This document shows, piece after piece, positions 9,055 through 15,611 of a stretch of DNA of 20,000 nt. The first letter of the stretch is position 1. The number at the start of each line of letters is the position of its first letter. A program made the position numbers and the translations under genes. Where the stretch lies: IMG/VR virus record IMGVR_UViG_2850949226_000002; one strand, written 5' to 3'. The DNA comes from an uncultured virus (IMG/VR IMGVR_UViG_2850949226_000002) (Duplodnaviria; Heunggongvirae; Uroviricota; Caudoviricetes). Under the pieces are notes generated by a model, which made no database searches, was not told where the DNA came from, and saw nothing but the letters and a program-made list of their open reading frames with translations.

Positions 9055-9321
9055 TTAATATATCTCATTTTCGCCGATTTTATCGGCTGCTACATACACC
9101 ATTTCATCCTTATGCAGAATACTTCCTTTATACGAAGGTGACCCAAGAACGCTTTCTTTCTCTGTTTCACCATATAATTTAATGTTATAGACATCAGAGC
9201 TATGATTTTCTGTGGTGTTGAAATAAAGGTATAGTTCGTCTCTCTCGCTTTGTAGAGAAACTAATTCGCTACCAGACGGAACTACGATTACATCACTGTA
9301 TTTTTGTTTAATAATAGACAT
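9055..9321 (-). CDS. Hypothetical 88-aa protein, co-oriented downstream of the glycosyltransferase
   Basis: ATG with GAGGAGAG RBS, 20 bp after the GT stop; ends at the terminator. Confidence 0.75.
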   Translation of the reverse strand: MSIIKQKYSDVIVVPSGSELVSLQSERDELYLYFNTTENHSSDVYNIKLYGETEKESVLGSPSYKGSILHKDEMVYVAADKIGENEIY

Positions 9322-9341
9322 TTTATTCTCTCCTCGCGTTG

Positions 9342-10856
9342 TTACTTCGAAAGTTGTTTAAACAGGCCTAACCAATTCTTCTTATAACGAGCATAACTAA
9401 ACCGCTTGTACACATCCAATGAATTTTTCGCGAACTTTTTCTGTTTCTTGCTGTCCAACATTAATTCAATTACTTTTTCCGCAACTTCTTCGTAGTTATT
9501 GTATTCTGTTAGGTATCCGTCTTTTCCGTCTCTGATAAGTGTTTCCGGTCCGTACTTCGTCCGGTAACTAACTACTGGCGTTTGGTTGGCTAGACTCTCC
9601 ATGATCACTAGACAAAAGCCTTCAAAACGGGACGTCATAATAGACAATCCATGTTTTTGGATTTCTCTATTAACGTTATGGGTGAACCCGTGAATATAAA
9701 CATTGTTTTCGAGTTTCAACTCCTTTATTAACGCTTGTAAATTTTCTTTCTCTTTTCCATAACCAAAGATGTGATACTCGGCTTCTTTAATAGTATCGAC
9801 TACAATACGGAAAGCTCGAATTCCGTCCGCGATATTTTTGCTGTCCTCCAAGCGAGCTAGTGTTATGGCTGATTTAGGATTTCGCTCAATTGATTCATCT
9901 AGTATTTCATCTTTGTCCAATGTGACCGCATGAGGAACTACAACAAATCGTTTATCCTTACCGTAGTCTTCCTCGACATCCCTTTTTTGTTCTTCAGTTA
10001 AGAAAACAATCGCATCGAATTCATCCCTGTGATCAAATATCTCTTTATACACGCGCCTATATGGAGATCCTTTAACGTGTGGCTTATCAAGATGCGTATT
10101 ATGCAAGGTTACGATTTTATAACAATCGTTGCTCACCTTACGGAAAACATCTAGTAATCCCAATTCATCAAGCATTAAAAACGGATTCGTGTAATCTTTT
10201 AGAACAGACTCAACCCAATAGACGTGCGCATCAGTTATATGATTAAATGCTTTGTTAATTCCAGCGTGAATAACACACTTCGTTCTCTTCCCTGAAGAAT
10301 TTACCCAAACAGATAAATAACATTCTTCATTAATATCATAATATTTTTCAAACGCAGGTTTGTTGTTCTGAAGGTTGTATCTAATCTCACGTCTCTTTCT
10401 GCCGTTAAGATCATACTCAACTCTATGGGTACGTTGGAGATTAAGGTCACGATAATCAATGAACTTAAGTCTCATTTCTTCGTCGAATAGTTTGTACTTT
10501 ACATAGTTCCCGTCCTTATCATAGTACCTGTAGCCATTTGTATTAGGGCGTTCATCTATATAGTGAGAAAGCCCATCCTCGACCAACCCAAGCTCAGGAG
10601 ATTTATCCTTATTAGAGATTCGCTCAGGTAAGTTGTAGAAGTGCTCGTGAAAATTGTATACCTCGATATTCTCCGCGAGTCTCCCTCTTTCTTTCATTCT
10701 AGAGATAATGTGTTCGTGGTTATTTTGAAAATTAAGAGTTAGAAACGAGACTTCTCCCCGCTCTGTAGCAACCATATTAGCACGTCTTTCGGTTGCGAGA
10801 GCCATTCCGGATCTAACTTCGTCTAAGAAATCAATAAGTATAAAATTATGATTCAT
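9342..10856 (-). CDS. GT4 (GT-B) glycosyltransferase, TagE/TarM-like teichoic-acid glycosyltransferase architecture
   Basis: 504 aa, AAGGAG RBS. N-terminal SGMALATERRAN, Tyr/Arg-rich beta insertion (YRYYDKDGNYVKYK...RVEYDLNG), LHNTH, IVFLTEEQKRD, VVPH, ARLEDSKN, and EGFCLVIMES (E-x7-E) plus KYGP motifs. Confidence 0.85.
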   Translation of the reverse strand: MNHNFILIDFLDEVRSGMALATERRANMVATERGEVSFLTLNFQNNHEHIISRMKERGRLAENIEVYNFHEHFYNLPERISNKDKSPELGLVEDGLSHYIDERPNTNGYRYYDKDGNYVKYKLFDEEMRLKFIDYRDLNLQRTHRVEYDLNGRKRREIRYNLQNNKPAFEKYYDINEECYLSVWVNSSGKRTKCVIHAGINKAFNHITDAHVYWVESVLKDYTNPFLMLDELGLLDVFRKVSNDCYKIVTLHNTHLDKPHVKGSPYRRVYKEIFDHRDEFDAIVFLTEEQKRDVEEDYGKDKRFVVVPHAVTLDKDEILDESIERNPKSAITLARLEDSKNIADGIRAFRIVVDTIKEAEYHIFGYGKEKENLQALIKELKLENNVYIHGFTHNVNREIQKHGLSIMTSRFEGFCLVIMESLANQTPVVSYRTKYGPETLIRDGKDGYLTEYNNYEEVAEKVIELMLDSKKQKKFAKNSLDVYKRFSYARYKKNWLGLFKQLSK

Positions 10857-10919
10857 GAAATTCTCCTTAGTAATTTATTACTATTAGTATACATTAAATT
10901 CGAATGCAAGTGTTACTGT

Positions 10920-11135
10920 TTACCTGTCCTTTTCTATTTCGATAATTTCCCGAACATCATCAATCTCAAACGTATTTACAATTCGTTCTAAGTGGTCGAT
11001 TGAAACGCGGACAACATGGTTTCGAGAAAGTTGCGAAATTGCGGCTGGTCTGATCCCGACCTTTTCGGCGAATTCACCCTGATTTAGTCCGTAGCGATCC
11101 ATTAGCTTATCGATTCGTAGAACTACTCGTCTCAT
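10920..11135 (-). CDS. XRE/Cro-CI family HTH repressor (YozG/HTH_26-like)
   Basis: 71 aa, GGAGG RBS; LNQGEFAEKVGIRPAAISQL helix-turn-helix. Confidence 0.9.
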   Translation of the reverse strand: MRRVVLRIDKLMDRYGLNQGEFAEKVGIRPAAISQLSRNHVVRVSIDHLERIVNTFEIDDVREIIEIEKDR

Positions 11136-11161
11136 CGTTCTGCCTCCAATCGTTTTATTTA

Positions 11162-11258
11162 ATTATAATGCACGAAAGTGTTTTCGTAAATACGTAAAAA
11201 AGAAATTTACGCAAAAACGAAAATAATCGTTGACTAGTATTACGCATAAACGTAAAAT
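11162..11258. promoter_or_regulatory. Divergent SigA promoters with three TTACG-N6-CGTAA operators
   Basis: Rightward TTGACT(11230-35)-17-TAAAAT(11253-58); leftward TTTACG(11190-85)-17-TATAAT(11167-62). Operators at 11182-11197, 11207-11222 and 11240-11255 (last one perfect). Confidence 0.78.
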
Positions 11259-11294
11259 ACGTATTAACAAACGATACGTAAAGGCGGAATCATT

Positions 11295-12113
11295 ATGCAT
11301 TATTTAGCGGAACACCAAACGTTCGACTCGACGGCCGAACTCAACGCGGCTGTCTACGAACACATCAAGCGCAATACATACGAATTAAACGACACCGACC
11401 GGTTCACGCTGAAGACGATCGCTCGCTATGCGGTCAAATTTGCCGGAGCTGCGCATCTCAAAGCGGAGACACTCGCGGACCTGATCGGAAAGTCCGTCAA
11501 GACTGCGCGTCGTGCCGTCAACAAACTCGCATCACTTTCGATCATCCAGAAGATCGCAACAACTCGGAAAATAAACGGCGGCCACGGCGCCAATATCATC
11601 GTCATTCTCCCGGTCGGAAGAAGAGTCGAGGACACGCAACTGTCCGAAGATGACCAGTCGACAATGACCACGCGTGGGGATGCCGAAAAGCCAACGGAGC
11701 CAACGGATGAAGCGCCTAAAATTACGAATGAACCATCGGATTCTATAAATCTTTCAAAAAATCACGTAATAGATACGGTGCCGGCCTGCGGTCTTAAAAA
11801 TGCGTTACCAAGCGAAATCTACTCCGCAATGGCGCGCTACTTCGAAGCAGACGAAATTTATAAATACTACGGAATCTTATTGCGGGCTAAGGCAAGCGTA
11901 GATCCGACACTGATACTCGAAGAACATCCGCAGCCATTCGTTGAAGCGTGGCATGCAGCGATTCTCAAACGAAAACAGCGGAAAATTAGACGCTTTGACG
12001 ACTACCTATACGCTAGCTTCCGACAAGCCGCATGGACAGTAAAAGCCCGTGAAAATCGCGTTAAAAACGTTGGGCTATTGGCGGAGTTCGAAACGTTCCT
12101 CCAAGCGGAATAG
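11295..12113 (+). CDS. HTH-domain protein, putative replication-initiator-like
   Basis: 272 aa. N-terminal winged HTH (LKAETLADLIGKSVKTARRAVNKL), acidic/Pro-Thr linker and helical C-domain ending DDYLYASF; architecture resembles phage/plasmid initiators. Confidence 0.6.
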   Translation: MHYLAEHQTFDSTAELNAAVYEHIKRNTYELNDTDRFTLKTIARYAVKFAGAAHLKAETLADLIGKSVKTARRAVNKLASLSIIQKIATTRKINGGHGANIIVILPVGRRVEDTQLSEDDQSTMTTRGDAEKPTEPTDEAPKITNEPSDSINLSKNHVIDTVPACGLKNALPSEIYSAMARYFEADEIYKYYGILLRAKASVDPTLILEEHPQPFVEAWHAAILKRKQRKIRRFDDYLYASFRQAAWTVKARENRVKNVGLLAEFETFLQAE

Positions 12114-12114
12114 A

Positions 12115-12144
12115 TTGCGTAAGAACATTTGTTCGTGTTATACT
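12115..12144 (+). promoter_or_regulatory. SigA promoter with LexA (DinR/SOS) box
   Basis: TTGCGT(12115-20)...TGtTATACT (extended -10, 12136-44). AGAACATTTGTTCG (12122-35) matches CGAAC-N4-GTTCG and lies in the spacer. Confidence 0.85.
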
Positions 12145-12185
12145 TTCGTCATAGATAACGAATAGGACCGAAGGAGGAACCACGA

Positions 12186-12515
12186 ATGACATTACGCGAT
12201 AGAGGGACGATGAAATGGACGTCTATATTCTTGCCGGAGCACATTTCACAGCTTAGGCGCCTTAAATCCGAAATCGATCACGCATATGAGCGGAAGCCGT
12301 CGATTGATCCGGAGCAGTGGTCGGACTTTGAATCGAAAATACAATACGCATACAGGACCGGCCAGGATTGTGAGATCCGTTACTGGCGGAATTGGGTGAC
12401 GGAAAGGGTGAGCGGCGTGATTGAATCCGTGGATCCGGTCGGAGGGACATTGCGGATTGACGGCGTTGACATACCGTTCAGGGAGATCGTGTGGGTTGCG
12501 TTGGAGGACGTGTGA
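12186..12515 (+). CDS. yolD: YolD-like protein
   Basis: LRDRGTMKWTSIFLPEH..QLRR signature; AAGGAGG RBS; SOS box upstream. Confidence 0.92.
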   Translation: MTLRDRGTMKWTSIFLPEHISQLRRLKSEIDHAYERKPSIDPEQWSDFESKIQYAYRTGQDCEIRYWRNWVTERVSGVIESVDPVGGTLRIDGVDIPFREIVWVALEDV

Positions 12516-12545
12516 TCTCGTCACAATTTACGACAAACACATCAG

Positions 12546-12650
12546 TGCGCACGATTTTTATTTTGCGAAACTTAAAACGTAGCTACTAATGGAGGAAAAA
12601 CGTTAATATTGCACGGATTTAATATTTCGCAAAAAATTTGGTCGTGCGTA
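12546..12650. repeat. Imperfect long inverted repeat
   Basis: CGCACGA(12548-54)/TCGTGCG(12642-48) and TTTTGCGAAA(12561-70)/TTTCGCAAAA(12625-34). Confidence 0.7.
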
Positions 12651-12679
12651 TTGACACCTACGGAATACCGTGATATATT
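12651..12679 (+). promoter_or_regulatory. Strong SigA promoter upstream of tRNA-Leu
   Basis: TTGACA(12651-56)-17-TATATT(12674-79) with TG extended -10 and an A/T-rich upstream element. Confidence 0.8.
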
Positions 12680-12819
12680 AGTATTCGTCGGTGACGATCC
12701 GGATGCGTACGATTGACATAGCGCTTAATATGACGCGCGATAATCGTATATCAAACGAATCATACGCACATACACCGAATCTTACGAAACGGTATAGGGT
12801 CAGATCGCCCAACACACAT

Positions 12820-12901
12820 GCCGGTGTGGCGGAATTGGCAGACGCGCACGACTCAAAATCGTGTTCCTTCGGGAGTGTCGGTTCGACCCCGACCACCGGT
12901 A
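12820..12901 (+). tRNA. tRNA-Leu (anticodon CAA), CCA not encoded
   Basis: Acceptor GCCGGTG/CACCGGT-A; D arm with TGGCAGAC; anticodon stem CACGA/TCGTG with loop CT-CAA-AA (12854-56); long variable arm; T arm GTCGG-TTCGACC-CCGAC. Followed by TCA. Confidence 0.98.
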
Positions 12902-12929
12902 TCACTAAACATCGTATTGCCAAACGATG

Positions 12930-12963
12930 AAAGAGCGTTCCTACAAAAGGAGCGCTCTTTTTA
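12930..12963 (+). terminator. Intrinsic terminator after tRNA-Leu
   Basis: AAAGAGCGTTCCT-acaaa-AGGAGCGCTCTTT followed by T residues. Confidence 0.9.
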
Positions 12964-13158
12964 TTTATTCCTTATCTTGGAACGAAGCCGTAAGAATTTT
13001 TTCTTAAGGACTGCGAGCTCCGGAAGCTACGGGAACATACCGTGAGATTTATCGAAATGAGCTTAATACGGTGCAGAAATTTTTACAAAAGCAAAAATAT
13101 ATCTGATGATTTATTATCTATTTATAGGGCGAAAAGTAAATTATTGATACAAACTTCT

Positions 13159-13187
13159 TTGCAAAGATTGGTAACTTTCTGTAAAAT
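13159..13187 (+). promoter_or_regulatory. SigA promoter of rap-phr
   Basis: TTGCAA-17-TAAAAT, 43 bp upstream of the ATG at 13231. Confidence 0.65.
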
Positions 13188-13230
13188 GTTCTCATAGCGA
13201 TAGAGGCAGTAAAGTGTGGGAGGTTTGACA

Positions 13231-14253
13231 ATGAAAACAGTAGCCTCTGTGAACGTAGCCAATCTCATCAATCAGTGGTATGTTCACATAAAAAAGAGAG
13301 ATGTTTCAAATGCCGTAGAACTTAGGGACAGAATAAAAGGCCTTTTAAACGTAATGGAAGAAGATCAGGATGTTTTGCTTTACTTTAATCTACTTGATTA
13401 CAGGTTCAGAGTATTAATGGAAGACGTCGCGGGGGAGCCGCAGCTTCCGCCTATTGCTGAAGATAAGGCGAAGACAGACGGTTTGTTACGATACTATTAC
13501 TTTCTCTAGCTCGATAATGTCGAAGATGAAATCGAAAAGGCCGAGTTTCATTATAAGCTTGGAAATCTCTATTATTTTACGAAAACAACTCTACTTTCTT
13601 TTCATCATCTTTCAATCGCGAAGAGCATTTATAGGGCTTATGAAGAATATAAGACACAGTCGATAAACTGTACGGTGCTGCTCGCACTCAATTATATAGA
13701 CGACGGACGTTTAACAAGAGCTGAAAATATGCTTAAGAGTTGCGCAGAAAGACTGATCAAGATGGGCGATAATCATCTGCTGGCGGCTGTCTACTATGAT
13801 CTCGGCTTTTTAAAAATTCAAGAGGATAAACATGAAGAAGCACTCGAGTATTTCGACCTCTCATTTAAAACGGATGATATCGAAAAAAATGCGCCTATTA
13901 TGTACATGCAGTGCATATACGAGTCAGCTAGGTCAACTTATAAGATAGGTGAGGTTGATAAGGCGCTTAAGTGGGTTCATCTTGGTTTTGAGTTTGCTCA
14001 GAAAACGGATAATATCAACTTTTCGCTCAAATTCTCGATTCTAAATATATGCTATAGCGCTCCCATCGAGGGTGTACCGCAAGTAAAAGAGTTTATCGAA
14101 ATGCTCGAGGAGAGAGAGGCTTACGTAGACATTGAGGCGCTTGCTGAGGATGTGGCCAACGTCTACAGCTCATTAAATAATTACAAATATTCCACATAAT
14201 TCTTGGAAAAAGCAATAAAATCAAGTAAACTAACAGGAAAGGAGGTTCTTTAA
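13231..14253 (+). pseudogene. rap: Rap family aspartate phosphatase/TPR regulator, inactivated
   Basis: One frame throughout with MEEDQDVLLYFNLLDYRF, YYYF and DEIEKAEFHYK Rap motifs. In-frame TAG at 13507-09, where the usual ~25-residue segment between YYYF and L..V.DEIE is missing, and TAA at 14197-99 before FLEKAIKSSKLTGKEVL*. Confidence 0.9.
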
Positions 14254-14391
14254 ATGAAAAAACTTATTGTAACTGCTTTCCTTACTGCATCGCTTGGACT
14301 CGTTTTAACCAGCGCAGCAGACTTCCTCGCAGAAAGTATCCAAACAGCAGACTCAGTAACATTACTTGCCTCAAGAGGAGCGGGCTCATAA
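14254..14391 (+). CDS. phr: Phr family secreted signalling pre-peptide, 45 aa (MKKLIVTAFLTASLGLVLTSAADFLAESIQTADSVTLLASRGAGS)
   Basis: Not in the ORF track. AAGGAGG RBS; ATG directly after the original rap stop; Sec-type signal peptide; C-terminal xRG peptide. Confidence 0.88.
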   Translation: MKKLIVTAFLTASLGLVLTSAADFLAESIQTADSVTLLASRGAGS

Positions 14392-14411
14392 AACAAAAAT
14401 ACAACAGTAAG

Positions 14412-14438
14412 AGGGCGGCTATTACAGCCGTCTTTTTT
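14412..14438 (+). terminator. Intrinsic terminator after phr
   Basis: AGGGCGGCT-attac-AGCCGTCTT plus T run. Confidence 0.88.
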
Positions 14439-14570
14439 ATGATTTCAGTTTTCTTGGTAACTTGAATGCTATACTATAGTTATATCTAAAATGCGAAGTT
14501 AACGCTATGCTAGACCGTAATGGCTTATTATATCGAATATACCGCGGGCTAGGGCTTTCCGATAGAATCG

Positions 14571-14627
14571 GCACGACTCAAATTCGGGTTCCTTCGAGAG
14601 TGTCGGTTGACCCCGACCACCGGAATC
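14571..14627 (+). repeat. Degenerate copy of the tRNA-Leu(CAA) 3' half (att site)
   Basis: Aligns to 12846-12903 with 4 substitutions and 1 deletion over 58 nt, starting at the anticodon stem. Confidence 0.95.
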
Positions 14628-14628
14628 C

Positions 14629-14930
14629 TTAGCTCTTTTTAAAGAATTGGATAGAAAACGTTATGATTTGAAATGGTTTTGCACATTCTTTACACATACA
14701 CATCCTCAACTTCTTCAGGCTTTTCAACTTCCTCAACAGCCTATCTTCAAAAATGTTTACTGTCTCAGTTTCATCTCTTTCCCGAAGCTCTTTAATTAAG
14801 TGAGCATATGTATTTGACGTGGTTTCTATATCAGCATGTCCTAATTTCACTTACATAATAAATTGACACCTTTCTATAAAGCTGCACGCTTGTGAGTGTG
14901 CCTTAATCCATGAATTGTAGTCGGTTGAAA
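14629..14930 (-). pseudogene. Tyrosine integrase C-terminal remnant
   Basis: TIHGLRHTH (HGLRH at 14912-14898), frameshift, SVQLYRKVSIYYVSE, frameshift, LGHADIETTSNTYAHL: HxxR, LGH and catalytic Tyr boxes. Points toward the att site. Confidence 0.9.
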
Positions 14931-14938
14931 TACTCAAT

Positions 14939-15490
14939 TTCGCTAGTACGCCATTCTATATTCGGGATTCAAACGGTGAAATTGGTATCGCGCGCCGGCA
15001 ATGTACAAGTGAATATAAAATACAGCCTGTAAACAGGGAAATTCGCTTGTTGCTTGGCTACAAGCTAAGGCAGCTCATAAAAGAAGTAGTACATCTTTGT
15101 AAAGGGATCAGCACTGACGAGACTCAAAGAGTTAAGCCGAGTCGGGAATGCTGGCAGATAGCTGAGCATCCACTGGTTGATGTGGCTTTCATAGATCGAT
15201 CGCGCTACATCACTTATGTTGAACGCGAGGGGTTTATAACACATGCAAAATCTAATTGTATCGGCTGTCCTTTCCATGTTTTCAATACATGGCAAAATAT
15301 GAATATAAAAGATCCAGTTTCATGGAATGACGCGGTGGAAATAGATTGACTCATCAGGCGGCTCCCGCACTTTAAAAATAATGCTTTTCTTCATAAGTCC
15401 GGGAAGACGGTGGAGGAAGTTGATTTCAACGAGAATTAGCTCAACATTGATCACTTTTTGAATGAATTTGAGGGGATGTTGGTGTTGATC
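14939..15490 (+). pseudogene. Remnant of phage PAPS-reductase-like (Cys-motif) gene
   Basis: 5'-truncated frame: GIARRQCTSEYKIQPV...GISTDE...KSNCIGCPFH...WNDAVEID*LIRRLP...AFLHKS...N*LNIDHFLNEFEGM, with two in-frame stops. Confidence 0.6.
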
Positions 15491-15611
15491 GAATACAGCT
15501 GACGTGAGTAAAAAGGCCTGCTGTTCCAACTATGGGTGCAGCAAGGGGCATTGAGGAGGATATCATATCTTGATAAAATTAGTAGGATAAAGAAAAAGAA
15601 GGTGTTAATAA

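Larger units (their letters stand above)
1..12850 (+). mobile_element. Right arm of a temperate siphovirus-like prophage (tail, lysis, accessory/regulatory block), ending at tRNA-Leu(CAA)
   Basis: Canonical order TMP-Dit-Tal-RBP-BppU-XkdX-XhlA-amidase-holin, then morons and yolD, abutting a tRNA gene. The left end lies outside the window, so the exact attR position is inferred. Confidence 0.93.
12846..14627. mobile_element. att-bounded islet carrying only rap-phr (remnant of an ICE/prophage)
   Basis: Flanked by direct repeats of the tRNA 3' half (12846-12903 and 14571-14627); no integrase inside. Confidence 0.7.

Noticed and set aside
10868..10883. Palindrome TAGTAAT-tt-ATTACTA next to the glycosyltransferase RBS
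   Set aside because: Single copy in very AT-rich DNA and unlike the XRE operators; chance cannot be excluded.
12609..12716. 35-codon TTG ORF downstream of GGAGG at 12591
   Set aside because: RBS spacing is 13 nt, it overlaps the tRNA promoter, and it has no recognisable features.
12713..12744. Second TTGACA as a tandem tRNA promoter
   Set aside because: The nearest -10-like hexamer (GATAAT) is 20 nt away, outside normal SigA spacing.
12678..13045. ORFs 12678-12923(-), 12691-12930(+) and 12818-13045(+)
   Set aside because: They overlap the tRNA, lack RBSs and resemble no protein; typical tRNA shadow ORFs.
13231..14391. Arbitrium aimR-aimP system or ICEBs1 rapI-phrI
   Set aside because: The receptor has the Rap N-terminal MEEDQDVLLY motif and no HTH; the peptide differs from PhrI (DRVGA); no conjugation genes are present.
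14571..14627. Second functional tRNA
   Set aside because: It lacks the 5' acceptor strand and D arm, and the anticodon stem and T loop are mutated; it is an att remnant.
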